Below are positions 17,159 to 28,227 of a stretch of DNA of 64,000 nucleotides, piece by piece. Source of the stretch: a virus. Its lineage: Duplodnaviria > Caudoviricetes. The notes beneath the pieces were generated by a model, which searched no databases, had not been told where the DNA came from, and worked only from the letters and a program-made list of their open reading frames with translations. The stretch is taken from positions 160,001-224,000 of the IMG/VR virus record IMGVR_UViG_3300029305_005547; one strand, given 5' to 3'. The position numbers and the translations under genes were made by a program. How positions within the stretch are numbered: position 1 is the stretch's first letter; the number at the start of each line of letters is the position of its first letter.

Positions 17159-18058
17159 ATGTTCAATGTATTCGCTATGGACGAATTTGATCGTGAGATG
17201 ACGATCGCTGAAAAAGCATTTGATATTGCTATGGCTGAAGCAGCATATCTGGAATCTATGATTGATGCTAAGCTTAAGATTAATATGGCTAAGAGTGAGC
17301 TTAAGGTTATGACTGAAAGCACTACTGAAAGTGCTCAGGGTGACCTTGTATATCTCTTCAATGAAGCAGGTAAAGAAGCAGAAGCAAATAAGGAAGGTGT
17401 ATTCACTAAGGTTAAGAATGCAGTTATTTCTTTCTTTGTATCTGTATGGAACAGCATTCAGAAGTTGTTTACCAAGGAAGATACGGAAGCCTACAAGAAG
17501 CTTCAGGCTAGTAAGGAAAAGATTAAACTTCCTATGAATGTTAAGTTCCTTGCTGATAAGGGTGAAGCAATCGCCAATGCATTAGATACACAGGAACCTT
17601 CTGAAGGAAAGTTTGGTAAAGTTGCTAAGATTATCGGTGCTACGGTAGCTGTAGGTGGTGGTGTTGCTGGTGCAACTGCACTTATTAAACATATGGGTGA
17701 AGCTACTACTCAGGAAACTGAAATCACTAAGGGTGAAGCTGTCGGAATTCTTGAGAAACTTAAAAATATGCTTCCTAAGTTCCAGAAATCTGTACAGGGT
17801 GTAAATGATACCCCTAATGATGAAGGTGGTGCAACCGGTGTTCTTAATATCTTTAAGAAGATTGGTGAGTGGATTGGTAAGGCAGTTAAAGCTATTAAAT
17901 CTAAACTTACAGGAAATGATGTTACAGATACTGATGAGAAAAACTCTAATGAACCGGTAAAACCTGCTCGTATTCAGGCACACGATGCAACTGACGATGA
18001 AATGACTCAGGTTGAATCTGGTGATTCATCTGTAATTGGTGAACCTGTTACTGAATAA
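17159..18058 (+). CDS. Internal head protein (paralog family)
   Basis: FNEA...GVFTKVKNAVISFF; several xE(A/S) sites in an acidic N-terminus. Confidence 0.6.
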   Translation: MFNVFAMDEFDREMTIAEKAFDIAMAEAAYLESMIDAKLKINMAKSELKVMTESTTESAQGDLVYLFNEAGKEAEANKEGVFTKVKNAVISFFVSVWNSIQKLFTKEDTEAYKKLQASKEKIKLPMNVKFLADKGEAIANALDTQEPSEGKFGKVAKIIGATVAVGGGVAGATALIKHMGEATTQETEITKGEAVGILEKLKNMLPKFQKSVQGVNDTPNDEGGATGVLNIFKKIGEWIGKAVKAIKSKLTGNDVTDTDEKNSNEPVKPARIQAHDATDDEMTQVESGDSSVIGEPVTE

Positions 18059-18083
18059 TCCCTTTGAAAGAAAGGTAAAAAAT

Positions 18084-18902
18084 ATGGACGCAATTTTTCA
18101 GAATTCTATGGATTTTATGGTTAAACCATTAAGTTGGTTTGATTCATATATGGAAAGAGCGTCTCTTCAATTAAAAGTAGAACTTGAGGAGTATGTGGAG
18201 TCCACTTTAAACACCTCAAGTTCTATTTTTATTACTGAAGCAAGTGACTCTTTCTTAACAAAGCTTAAAGCTGCTATTGATTTAATCATAAAAAGATTGA
18301 AAGAATTTATTCACGATACAAAGATGAACTTTCAGAAATTCAGAAAAGAAAAAGCTGCTGAAGGACGACTTGAAAGATTACTTTCAGCAATAAATAAAGA
18401 TTCCAAACTTAAAGAATTAAAAGTTAAGTTTAAAGATTATACTCCTAAAGCACGATTTATTAAACGTGAAAAAGAAGCGTTTAAACGTTTAATTCGAAAG
18501 AAAGGAACTACTAAGGAAGAGCTTAAGATTGCATTTGATAGATATAAAAATGAACTTTCAGATTTTGAAAAAGCTGGAATCACTATATCATCTATTTTAG
18601 CTATTAAGTTTCTTTCAACCGAATTTTTAGATGGGATGTATGAAGTTATTAATTCTACGGACAAATCGGCAAATGATACAGTTGAGGATCTTGAAAATAT
18701 TGATTTTTCTAATACCGTTTTTGAATCTGCAACTGAAAAAACTGAAGTTACTGATATCACAGATGTAATGACAGTTTACGCTAGAATGCTTTCTGAAATG
18801 GCTACAGATGAAATCAAAGTTCAACGAGAAATTATGATTGAGATTGATGCTGTAATTCGTGAAATTGATAACGAAGTAAAGAAATCATTCAGAGGTGAGT
18901 AA
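18084..18902 (+). CDS. Internal head protein (paralog family)
   Basis: ITEASDSFLTKLKAAIDLII; likely start ATG (MDAIFQ) behind GAAAGG. Confidence 0.6.
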   Translation: MDAIFQNSMDFMVKPLSWFDSYMERASLQLKVELEEYVESTLNTSSSIFITEASDSFLTKLKAAIDLIIKRLKEFIHDTKMNFQKFRKEKAAEGRLERLLSAINKDSKLKELKVKFKDYTPKARFIKREKEAFKRLIRKKGTTKEELKIAFDRYKNELSDFEKAGITISSILAIKFLSTEFLDGMYEVINSTDKSANDTVEDLENIDFSNTVFESATEKTEVTDITDVMTVYARMLSEMATDEIKVQREIMIEIDAVIREIDNEVKKSFRGE

Positions 18903-19857
18903 AATGAATGTATTAGTTAATGAATACTTCGAATCCACACAAAATGATCTTGATGTTATTTATGATCAATTAAAGTTATGGACTAGACTTGATACGATTT
19001 ATTGCTTAGAAGCAACCGATGGAAAAAAAGAAGGTGTTATAACTAAGATTGTAAATTTCATTAAGAAAATTATCAATGAGGCAAGAGCGCTTATTAAAAA
19101 GGGAATTGATTCTTTATCAAACCACGTTCGTTATGGTTTGCTTTCTAAGAAACAGAAAGAGAAATTTAGACAATTCCAAGAATTTGTAAAAACAAATCCT
19201 AAAGTTAAAAATAAAAAAGTTACAGTTAAAGACTGGCAACGAATTATGCGTGAATATGACAAGATCGAAAAGAACATCGTTAAATACATGAACGATGACA
19301 CTGTAGATGCTAGAGGATTAAATATGAAAGCAAATGAAATGTTTACGAATTTAGCATCTTTAGCAAATTCAGCAACTGCTGCTGTTACAGTGGATCTTTG
19401 TTTATCATTAGCGAGAAAATCTCCTGAAATGGCACAAATGGTTCAAGCAGGTCTTAGTAAATGCAGTAGTGTTATTGCTAATATCGAAGATGAACTCGGT
19501 GAAGCAGAAGCCAAAAAGCTTCAAGATAAATTAACTAAGTTAACTAAAGAAAGTACTGCACAAAAGATTTTATCTGTTTTTTATCATAAAAAAGAAAAAG
19601 ATATTATCACTTGTATTACTGAAGTTACTGGAACATTTGAGAAGCTTATGAGTGGAGAAGCTGGAGTGATTGATAAGGTATCCGCTGCTGTAGAACACAG
19701 AGATTTTGTAAGAGCTGGTGCTAAAGCGTATGTTAGAAACTCTGCTACTAGAAAAGGGGTTAAACAAGTAGCCAACACAGTAAAAGGAATTAAGAGTGAT
19801 TCGACTGTTCAGTCAGCAATGAGTAGTGCGAAGGAATTCTTCAAACCTAAGGTATAA
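18895..19857 (+). CDS. Internal head protein (paralog family)
   Basis: CLEATDGKKEGVITKIVNFIKKII. Confidence 0.6.
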   Translation: MSKMNVLVNEYFESTQNDLDVIYDQLKLWTRLDTIYCLEATDGKKEGVITKIVNFIKKIINEARALIKKGIDSLSNHVRYGLLSKKQKEKFRQFQEFVKTNPKVKNKKVTVKDWQRIMREYDKIEKNIVKYMNDDTVDARGLNMKANEMFTNLASLANSATAAVTVDLCLSLARKSPEMAQMVQAGLSKCSSVIANIEDELGEAEAKKLQDKLTKLTKESTAQKILSVFYHKKEKDIITCITEVTGTFEKLMSGEAGVIDKVSAAVEHRDFVRAGAKAYVRNSATRKGVKQVANTVKGIKSDSTVQSAMSSAKEFFKPKV

Positions 19858-19954
19858 GAAGTGTTGGTTTTATCGAGACTTAAAAAGTAGTAGGGAACAT
19901 TTTTCTAAGAAATCATGAATAATAGGAAATATGAAAGGTAGGTAGAGATAGGAC

Positions 19955-21058
19955 ATGATTAAATCATCATATATCCATGAATATGCTCCACATGATCAAT
20001 TCATGTGTGAATCCTATTATCTTCTGCTCGAATCAAAAGATACCTTGAATGATCTTATTAAGTTAGAAAACATCATTGCTGAAAAAGAATATTTCGGTGA
20101 GAGTGTAGATAACGAGATCTTGGTATTGGAAGCAGAAAAGAAGAATATTTTTACAAGAATTGGAGAAACAATCATCAATATCTTCAATTCATTTATTGAC
20201 TTACTTAAAGATACCGGAAATGCAATTAAAGATGCATTGACTGGTGCTAGAAAGAAGTCTACGGATGAAAAATTTGCAAACGCTATGAGAAATGATCCGA
20301 AGTTAGCTGAGGACTTTTTGAAGGGCGTTATGAGTGGTAATATTAAGGCTCATGATGTTAAAGATATGAATAAGCTTTTAGATGAAGCTACTAAGATCAC
20401 TAATGATCTTATGAAAGGTACTATTGACAAAAAAACTTTCGGTGAAAAGATTGAAGGTGCTCTTGAAAAATTTGCAAGTGTTGCTAAGAATATAGCAGCA
20501 ATTGTAGGTGTAGTTAGTGCTGTAGGTGGCGCTGTTGCAGCTGTTGACAATTTACGTGATAGAAATAATTCTATAAATGATAGAAATACAAAAAGAGCAC
20601 GTGAAAATCGTAAATGGGACGATTATATTTCAGACAGAAATGACAGAACAACTGACAGAAATCAAGCTACAGAAGATCGTGAACGACGTATACGACGTGA
20701 AGATGAACAGGATACAAGAGCACGTGAAAAGCACGAATGGGATAGAGCAAAAAATGAATCTTTCCTTGATGAAGTTTCTGGTGATTATGTTACGGAATCA
20801 GTTTCTTTCAGTGATATATTCAAAAAAATTTCATCTTTCTTCTCTGCACAGATTGAGTTCTGTACCGGTGCTATCAAAAAGCTTTCAGATTTAAAGGATG
20901 ACCTTTTAAATAAAGCTAAAGGAGCAAAAGATTCCGAAGAGGGAGAAGTTGTTAATACTGCTTTATCTGGTATCCGAAAAGTCATGGGCGCTATTTCAAA
21001 AGAATTAAACACCATTAAGAATACAGCTAAAAAAGTTGAATCCGAATGTGGTGTTTAA
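19955..21058 (+). CDS. Internal head protein (paralog family)
   Basis: VLEAEKKNIFTRIGETIINIF; late promoter at 19896-19907. Confidence 0.6.
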   Translation: MIKSSYIHEYAPHDQFMCESYYLLLESKDTLNDLIKLENIIAEKEYFGESVDNEILVLEAEKKNIFTRIGETIINIFNSFIDLLKDTGNAIKDALTGARKKSTDEKFANAMRNDPKLAEDFLKGVMSGNIKAHDVKDMNKLLDEATKITNDLMKGTIDKKTFGEKIEGALEKFASVAKNIAAIVGVVSAVGGAVAAVDNLRDRNNSINDRNTKRARENRKWDDYISDRNDRTTDRNQATEDRERRIRREDEQDTRAREKHEWDRAKNESFLDEVSGDYVTESVSFSDIFKKISSFFSAQIEFCTGAIKKLSDLKDDLLNKAKGAKDSEEGEVVNTALSGIRKVMGAISKELNTIKNTAKKVESECGV

Positions 21059-21079
21059 ACCATAAGCAAATCTAAAAGA

Positions 21080-23791
21080 TTGGAGAATAATATTATGTTT
21101 GAATCTATTCTTTCAGTACAGCATGGTTTGATTATGGAATCTTCTGATAATGTAACTAACTATGATGTACAATGTGCAAAATTACTTGTTGAAAATGCTA
21201 TGGGTAATCCTGATGCTTCTAAAGTATTAGTTCCGGTAATCAACAACGTAAGTGATAAATATATCAAAAAGATTGATGATGCATTTGCAGTATTATCTGA
21301 TATTGCAGTTGACGCTGACCAAATGGCTGAATTCTTTACAAAGATTCAGCATACTGAAGAGTTGGATGAAATTCCTCTTTCTACACCTCTTAAGAATGTG
21401 AATGAAATTGGAAGATTGAAACCTGAGTATTTAACTCAGATTGCAAAATCTGCGGCATCTGAAATTAATAATATCGTAAACAGTAAAGTTTCGATGAGAG
21501 ATTTGATGACAACATTTACTCCTGATATGACTTCTAAGATCAAGAGACAGCTTGTCGTTTCAACAAAGCCTGTAACTGATATTAAAGGATATATTAAGTC
21601 TCAGGAAAGACCTAATATCGTCCCTATGGATTCTCAGGCTATTATGACTTTATGTATTCCATTCCTTCGTTCTTTCCCTGTAAAGAAGAGAGAACTTCAG
21701 GAAGAGATTGCTGCTGTTAAAGTTGCAATTAATACTTCAGTCGGTTTAATGAGATCATATACGGATACTGCTGTAGCTCTTAAAGATAAAGGGCAGATTA
21801 GTGGTGAAGTTGTTAATACGTTAAACTATTATCTGTTTAATCAGAACAGACTTATGGATGAACTCATCACCTATTTGGTATTTACTCTTATTACTAAGAT
21901 TGATACCTACACATTTAACGTAAATTCCTATATGGAGTTATACAGAAAAGTTCTTAAGTACAATCCGGAGGGAAGTAATGTATATCATGAATCAGTTTTT
22001 GAGTATTCATTAGCAGCAGCTGATATTGATACTACAGTAAACCATATCATTCATGGTGACGCGAGTTCCTTAATTGATTGGTCTAGAAGAACTTATGATA
22101 AAGCTAAAAGTACATATGAAAACAGTAGATCTGCTAAACAGACCTCTATTGATTTCATTATGGATCAGTACAATGACGACAATTATCCTTATGGAGACCT
22201 TTTCGATACTCTTGATAAGATTGAATCCGGTCTTGAAAGAATCGTTGTTGCAGTAAAAGATCAATATGCATCTCCTGAAGCAATTATGAATGCTGCAGGT
22301 ATTGGTGAATCTTTAACAGCTCGCTTCTCTATGATGATTTCAGAAATCAATAATATCTCTAGATATTTTGATGCTTTAAATGCAGGAAAATCAAAGACAG
22401 ATGTATTGTTTTCTATTCTTGCTGAAATGAGAGCTTCTGAAAAAAATATGATTGAATTGGGTGAAGAGATTAAAGATGTATATGACGAGATCGAGGAAAC
22501 TATTAAGTATCTTGAAAATAACATGGATAATGTAATCCCTAACGAATTAGTTCGTATGGAAATGATTAAACTTGTCAATGATTTCGAGAAAGATTACAGA
22601 AACTTCCTCGGTGTTGTTATTCAAAATATCATTCAGAGAGGAAAATCTCTGGAAGATGAGGTTTTGGTTTTGGTTGAAAACATGGATGAAGTTATCGATG
22701 TAACGGATAACGTTCCTTCAGGATCAAGTTACAATATTCTTGCAGTTGAGGCTTGTATTGAAATGGATGAAGTTTTCTCTCGTTTATTTATTGAAGGAGA
22801 GATGATTAAATTCCGCAATGCTAAGTTTGCTAAAGAATATGGACTTGTTTTGGAGGCAGAAGAACCTGCTAAACCTAATCAAACCACAGATCCTAATAAA
22901 AAGGAAGGAGCATCTCCTGAACTTACTGAAGATACTTCTAAGCAATCCGACGCTGACAAACAGCAGAATGCTGAAGCTGCACAGGAGGCTAAAAATGAAG
23001 ATAAGAAAGAAGATCCTGAAAAGAAAAAGAAACTTTCTGAAAGGATTAAAGAACTCATTGATAAAATTAATGGGTATTTTAACAAGATTCTTCCTGACTT
23101 CATTAAGGGTATTACTGCGCAGTTACAGAATAATACGGATTTCCTTAAGAACTATAAGGATCCTATTTTAAATCGCAGTTATAACGGTTTAACTTTGAAT
23201 ATTTACAATTACTTCAATTTGAAGTCACAGACAATTCTTGATGATATTGGCAAGGTTTCTGCATTTGTTTCCCAGATTAGTATTAAGGATCTGGCAGAAT
23301 ATGCTAAACCTGAAGTTATTCAGGAAAAGATGTTTGGTTTCCTTAAAGTTCCTTCTGACATGACTCTTGATGATTACATTCGCCTGTACTACAAGGTAGG
23401 TGCAAATCAAAAAGAGGTTAAGAAGATTGCAATCAGTAATTCCGAACTTAAAGTAAAAACCATTGAAATGATAGACTTCTGTGAAGATTATTATTTAAAT
23501 AACGGATATAAGAACGTTGAAAATGACATATCGTCATTAAAGAATTCTGTTACAAGTAAGATTAATTCTCTTAAGAACGAAGAACTTACTGATGAACAGT
23601 CTAAAGCTTTACAAGCAATTTCAAGAGAAGTTCTTGTATTCACAGGTGCAGTTCTTACTGCATTCAGAAATCGTGCTCAGCATTATATGTTTGCTATTAG
23701 AGCACTGCTTCCTAAGAACGTTAAGCCTGTAGAGGACGAAACTCCTAAGGAAGAAGGAACAGGTGAAAATCCTGAACCTGCAACAACATAA
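21080..23791 (+). CDS. Large internal head protein
   Basis: Many FES/MES/HES/LEA sites; C-terminal family-like domain after VLEA; end of the late operon. Confidence 0.6.
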   Translation: MENNIMFESILSVQHGLIMESSDNVTNYDVQCAKLLVENAMGNPDASKVLVPVINNVSDKYIKKIDDAFAVLSDIAVDADQMAEFFTKIQHTEELDEIPLSTPLKNVNEIGRLKPEYLTQIAKSAASEINNIVNSKVSMRDLMTTFTPDMTSKIKRQLVVSTKPVTDIKGYIKSQERPNIVPMDSQAIMTLCIPFLRSFPVKKRELQEEIAAVKVAINTSVGLMRSYTDTAVALKDKGQISGEVVNTLNYYLFNQNRLMDELITYLVFTLITKIDTYTFNVNSYMELYRKVLKYNPEGSNVYHESVFEYSLAAADIDTTVNHIIHGDASSLIDWSRRTYDKAKSTYENSRSAKQTSIDFIMDQYNDDNYPYGDLFDTLDKIESGLERIVVAVKDQYASPEAIMNAAGIGESLTARFSMMISEINNISRYFDALNAGKSKTDVLFSILAEMRASEKNMIELGEEIKDVYDEIEETIKYLENNMDNVIPNELVRMEMIKLVNDFEKDYRNFLGVVIQNIIQRGKSLEDEVLVLVENMDEVIDVTDNVPSGSSYNILAVEACIEMDEVFSRLFIEGEMIKFRNAKFAKEYGLVLEAEEPAKPNQTTDPNKKEGASPELTEDTSKQSDADKQQNAEAAQEAKNEDKKEDPEKKKKLSERIKELIDKINGYFNKILPDFIKGITAQLQNNTDFLKNYKDPILNRSYNGLTLNIYNYFNLKSQTILDDIGKVSAFVSQISIKDLAEYAKPEVIQEKMFGFLKVPSDMTLDDYIRLYYKVGANQKEVKKIAISNSELKVKTIEMIDFCEDYYLNNGYKNVENDISSLKNSVTSKINSLKNEELTDEQSKALQAISREVLVFTGAVLTAFRNRAQHYMFAIRALLPKNVKPVEDETPKEEGTGENPEPATT

Positions 23792-23796
23792 AAGAA

Positions 23797-23830
23797 ATCC
23801 CTAGTGACTAATTGTCACTAGGGATAATTT
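23797..23830. terminator. Bidirectional terminator between convergent operons
   Basis: ATCCCTAGTGAC / GTCACTAGGGAT stem with A/T flanks. Similar hairpins lie at about 40270-40315, 47976-48010, 50504-50533, 52880-52920, 59360-59395 and 60935-60978. Confidence 0.75.
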
Positions 23831-24274
23831 TTAAACGATGATATCAACTTCACCGTTTTCATCAAATATGAATTTCGGTCCATAATACTCTTCTAACACA
23901 TCTAAAAGCATTTCCGGTGTGTATCCAGTTACTCTCTCATTAAGTAAGGTGTAAACAATATTCAGACGATGTTTTAGCATTTTTTGTCTACGTCTAATCG
24001 TTGTTTCGGATACATTAAAAATTTCCGCAACGTCTTTCACTGAATATTCTTCTTTACTTAAATACCTTGAAGCTAATATATCTTTACTAACAGTCATTAC
24101 ACCTGTAAACTGGGATTCAATATCCTCCATAGCAAGACGTACTTCAGTAGTTATATAAGTAATTTTAGCAGGTGGGTTCGGTTGTTCGTTCTTACCAACC
24201 AATTCTAGCACCATGCAACGTAACCAATGCAAAAAAGAAAAAAGTTTATTAATCAATCGTTTCATTATTAACAC
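23831..24274 (-). CDS. Helix-turn-helix DNA-binding protein
   Basis: YSVKDVAEIFNVSETTIRRR. Confidence 0.7.
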   Translation of the reverse strand: MLIMKRLINKLFSFLHWLRCMVLELVGKNEQPNPPAKITYITTEVRLAMEDIESQFTGVMTVSKDILASRYLSKEEYSVKDVAEIFNVSETTIRRRQKMLKHRLNIVYTLLNERVTGYTPEMLLDVLEEYYGPKFIFDENGEVDIIV

Positions 24275-24343
24275 TTCCTTTCATAAAAAAGAACACCATG
24301 AAATTCTATTTGATTTATCATGGTGTTCTTCAAAAATCAGACA

Positions 24344-25054
24344 TTATTTAGTCTCTGTTTCGGTTTTATTCTTATGCTTGTTATAAAGATCTAGCATATG
24401 ATTAATAACTGTTCCCATTGCACTCTCAGTTAATGCACATCCTGTTATTGTTTCAAGATATTCATCACAAAGATACATAATATTGGATGTCTTTATAAGT
24501 TCAGAAACCTTTAAATCTGCAGTAAGATCATCACATATAGATACTATAGATGAAACCATATGAGGAATAAATCCTTCTTCAATATATTTCTGATGAGCTA
24601 TAAATGTCTTCTTACTCATACCGAAAGTTTTAGCAAGTTCAAATGCAGCTTTTTCACCACTTGTTGCATTGATTGAAAATAGAATCATATCTTGCCTTAT
24701 GGAATATTTAGAATCTTTTCTTTTCTCAACAATGATGAAATGTGCTCTCATAACTCTGTTAAAAGCGTTTGTACTTATGATATCGAACTTGTTGTTCTCT
24801 TTAACTGACGGAGTTATTTCACCGATCGCATGTTTACATCCGCCCTTCTTTGTACATAACCGCATATCACTGTACCGGTCATTCTCTTTTTTCAGGGTTT
24901 TAATCTTCTTATCTTTATTCTTAAATCTATCATAAATGATATCAAGAAGATCATCGCTGATTTTATCAACCAACGAATCACTGTCGTGTTTTAGATTATT
25001 GAATCTTTTCTTACCCAAAATATATTCAAGTTTCTCTTTCTTTGTTTCACTCAT
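24344..25054 (-). CDS. Hypothetical protein
   Basis: RBS present; packed in the minus-strand operon. Confidence 0.7.
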   Translation of the reverse strand: MSETKKEKLEYILGKKRFNNLKHDSDSLVDKISDDLLDIIYDRFKNKDKKIKTLKKENDRYSDMRLCTKKGGCKHAIGEITPSVKENNKFDIISTNAFNRVMRAHFIIVEKRKDSKYSIRQDMILFSINATSGEKAAFELAKTFGMSKKTFIAHQKYIEEGFIPHMVSSIVSICDDLTADLKVSELIKTSNIMYLCDEYLETITGCALTESAMGTVINHMLDLYNKHKNKTETETK

Positions 25055-25071
25055 GGTATTTTCCTTCTTTC

Positions 25072-25662
25072 TTATTTTGATTTCAAATGATCAATATGAT
25101 ATTTCAAGTTCTTAAGATCACCTATTATTTCATAGTATCGTTCTCTAAGATCTTCATGATCAGAATTATTATCAAACACGTAATCATCGATGGTTTTAAT
25201 ATCGCTGATAATAGCATTAAAATGCTGCTTATAAAACTGATCCTTAAAATACTCTTCAAGAGTAGGTAACTGAGAAGCATCTGTATAAAGTTTCCTCTCA
25301 TTATAACTCTGAATTAAATCTGTTAAAATAACAGGTGTTGGAACAGAATCAAAATGATCTGTGCTCTTACAAATACACTCTTCACACCCGAAATCATGAT
25401 AGAGTTCTCCTGTTATTCTAATTCGAGCAAGAATCTTTTCAGATTTATATATGAGATAAAAATACTTACTACCATCAATAATATCATAGATATATTCATC
25501 TTCAACATAATTTATTTTGCGGCATTTACTGAACTTTTCAGGGTCATGATTTACAATTATTGATAAAGCAAGATCTCTTTCGATCATACCCTGTTCGAAC
25601 GAGGATTTAATTGATTTTAAAAGTTGTTCAGCTTCATCGAAGAATGCAGTTCCGGTATTCAT
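25072..25662 (-). CDS. Hypothetical protein
   Basis: GAGGTG RBS; operon packing. Confidence 0.7.
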   Translation of the reverse strand: MNTGTAFFDEAEQLLKSIKSSFEQGMIERDLALSIIVNHDPEKFSKCRKINYVEDEYIYDIIDGSKYFYLIYKSEKILARIRITGELYHDFGCEECICKSTDHFDSVPTPVILTDLIQSYNERKLYTDASQLPTLEEYFKDQFYKQHFNAIISDIKTIDDYVFDNNSDHEDLRERYYEIIGDLKNLKYHIDHLKSK

Positions 25663-25671
25663 TTAATCACC

Positions 25672-26667
25672 TCATTTCTTTGCAATTTCAAATATTTTAT
25701 TAATTACATATTCAATGTCTTCATCAGTTTCGACTTCATCCCTACAAATAGAAATCAAAAGAGACTTTATTGTATCATGAACTAATCTTTCCGGATTATA
25801 ATCTATAGCAAGAGACGTCTTAGTTTTTGCATATTCAGAGTTAGGACTATTCGTATAATGATAAGTACCTAAACATAAAATCTCTAGAGGTAATATCGAA
25901 CAAGCAGATTTCATCGAATACGTTAAATTAGGAGTAATTTTAACAAGCGGTGATTTGAGAATAGACTTCTCATATTTACAATAAGCAACCATGTCATACA
26001 AAAATTCATCAAGTCTATAATCCATGTCCTTTGATAACACCGCATGATCATTAGCAAATACTGATGATAACGTAAGCGCATCCTGAATAGGATTTCTTAA
26101 TAATTCATCGCATACCATATTTTGGACCTTATTGATAATTTTAGCATCTAATCCTAGTGATATGAAAGAAGATGCTATCGAAGGGTGGTGATCCTCTTTA
26201 AGGTCAGGATCTACAATTATATGCGTAAATAAATTACGCATTAAATACGGATTTATATTGTACGGTGACAACTTTGTGAAACAAAATAAAACTTGATTAT
26301 TTAAAATATTAGGATAAATCCAATGCTCTACCGTAGTGCTTAAAAACTCAGTAAAAGTGTCAAAGAATTCAACTGCAACAGTTTCTTCATCGACGCGTCT
26401 ATAGTTTACATTAAATATCGTATCAACGACAAATGCTTCATCATTTGCTTTCCCCTCATGTAAAACTGTAAATAACTTATTAGGAAACTCCTTTTGATAT
26501 GAACTAATAAAAGTACCAACGAATGAATCATTAGCTAAATTTTCAGATAAACATACAAGTATTCTAGCAGGTTTACCTTCTAACTCATCCAAAAAGTTTT
26601 TCCCATCAGTGCTAATAACATGAGTCTTTTTGGTTACCAACCATTTAAATAAATTTAAAGTATTCAT
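25672..26667 (-). CDS. Hypothetical protein
   Basis: Start MNTLNLF behind GAAAGGAA. Confidence 0.7.
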   Translation of the reverse strand: MNTLNLFKWLVTKKTHVISTDGKNFLDELEGKPARILVCLSENLANDSFVGTFISSYQKEFPNKLFTVLHEGKANDEAFVVDTIFNVNYRRVDEETVAVEFFDTFTEFLSTTVEHWIYPNILNNQVLFCFTKLSPYNINPYLMRNLFTHIIVDPDLKEDHHPSIASSFISLGLDAKIINKVQNMVCDELLRNPIQDALTLSSVFANDHAVLSKDMDYRLDEFLYDMVAYCKYEKSILKSPLVKITPNLTYSMKSACSILPLEILCLGTYHYTNSPNSEYAKTKTSLAIDYNPERLVHDTIKSLLISICRDEVETDEDIEYVINKIFEIAKK

Positions 26668-26726
26668 GGTATTTTCCTTTCTTAAAAAAGAACCCCTAGT
26701 ACCAAAAGGCACTAGGGGAAATTTTA

Positions 26727-28214
26727 TTAATCTTCATCATCGTCATCATCGTCGTCGTATTCATCCGTATTCTTAAACACAGCCCCACCACCGACGCAAC
26801 TAAATTTTACAGGTGCAGGTATTTCATCATCGTCATCATCTTCAATTTTCATTCCTGCTGTATCTTCTGCAATAGTTTCGATATTACTTCCAGGTGCTTC
26901 TTCATTAAGATCAAGCTCTTCGAAACTTGCCTGCTTATTCTGATTACCAATTCTATTATCAACCAAAATAGCTCTGATAATATCCTGTTCAAGTTGCGCT
27001 GGATTAATAGGAAATGTTTTACCCTTAAGAATCTTATCCGGATCACAACCACGATTCTTACACATTTCAATTGCAAATTCTTCAGAGAGATCATCCATCT
27101 CTACCCAAACATCAAAACGACCAGATCTTCTAAGAGCAGGATCGAGTCTTTCAGGATAATTAGTTGTCGCAACAACCAAAGATCCATGACCCATAGAGTC
27201 CATAGCCTTAAGAAGATGAAGAAGACGTCTTGATGTTGTATTCTGATTCTGAACTTCTTCATGACTGGATGTTTGTCTATTCACAATCTGAGAATCGATC
27301 TCGTCAATGATATAAATAGTATTCGGCATTCCGAATGCATTGTCACCATTCTGTTTATCAAATACATCGAGATTGACACTCACGCATTCCATCTCATAAT
27401 ACTGAGGAAGGGAGAATGCAAATGCTGTTTTTCCTGTACCTGGTTTTCCTGAGAGTAAGAATCCCTTTCTGTAAGGTACAGCATATTCTTTGTAGATACT
27501 TTCCTTTCTCTTAAAGTCATTAATCTCTTTAAGTAAAGAATCCTTCGCAGGGAATGTGAGCATACTCATAGGTCTAACCTGAAGATCTTTTGCTTCTTCT
27601 CCATTAGATGACAAGCTGTTGTAACGGATACGATTATTATCCTGATTTGTTTTACTGATCGCTGATACAAGGTCATCAATCTCTCTTCTTACTTTTGTAA
27701 ACCATTTCTGGCGGTTAGGTCCAATAAAGAAAATGCTAGTACTAAAATGAACCACCGAACTTAAGATTCCATTATCAGAACGGTCATCCTTAGATAAAAT
27801 GGGCTCTTTAAGAACGATCATTCTTGTTCCTTCTTTATCCATCATCAAAGTATAGATGCCAGGAGCAATTGTCTTGTTAACAAGTTCGGGAAAACAAGTA
27901 ACTTTCTTCTTTACTCTTTCAATAGATGCGGAACATAAAGCAAATGAAGGATCTACATCTATAAGAGTACTACCGTACTTCTTGGACAAATACTTACCGT
28001 CCAAAATAGATACGCAACTCTTAGAAATATAAGAGTCATAATGCCCGGAAATATTGAAATAACTGCAGATATTCTTATCTACATATTCCATCAAACTTGC
28101 CTTAAGAGGACCAATTATTCTTTGAGCAGAATTACTTGCAACTGCCATTGCCTTTCCGATTACATTATTTGCAATAGCATAACTTACGGGGTTAAAATTG
28201 TTGTTAATAAACAT
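26727..28214 (-). CDS. AAA+ ATPase (BCS1-like) with acidic tail
   Basis: YRKGFLLSGKPGTGKT, IIDEID, TTNYPERLDPALRRSGRFD; start ATG 28214 behind AAGGAG. Confidence 0.88.
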   Translation of the reverse strand: MFINNNFNPVSYAIANNVIGKAMAVASNSAQRIIGPLKASLMEYVDKNICSYFNISGHYDSYISKSCVSILDGKYLSKKYGSTLIDVDPSFALCSASIERVKKKVTCFPELVNKTIAPGIYTLMMDKEGTRMIVLKEPILSKDDRSDNGILSSVVHFSTSIFFIGPNRQKWFTKVRREIDDLVSAISKTNQDNNRIRYNSLSSNGEEAKDLQVRPMSMLTFPAKDSLLKEINDFKRKESIYKEYAVPYRKGFLLSGKPGTGKTAFAFSLPQYYEMECVSVNLDVFDKQNGDNAFGMPNTIYIIDEIDSQIVNRQTSSHEEVQNQNTTSRRLLHLLKAMDSMGHGSLVVATTNYPERLDPALRRSGRFDVWVEMDDLSEEFAIEMCKNRGCDPDKILKGKTFPINPAQLEQDIIRAILVDNRIGNQNKQASFEELDLNEEAPGSNIETIAEDTAGMKIEDDDDDEIPAPVKFSCVGGGAVFKNTDEYDDDDDDDED

Positions 28215-28227
28215 TTTGTTATTCTCC

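Noticed and set aside
19871-19882. TATCGAGACTTA, a 12-mer shared with the fold-back element
   Set aside because: No hairpin, palindrome or downstream cassette; plausible by chance in AT-rich DNA.
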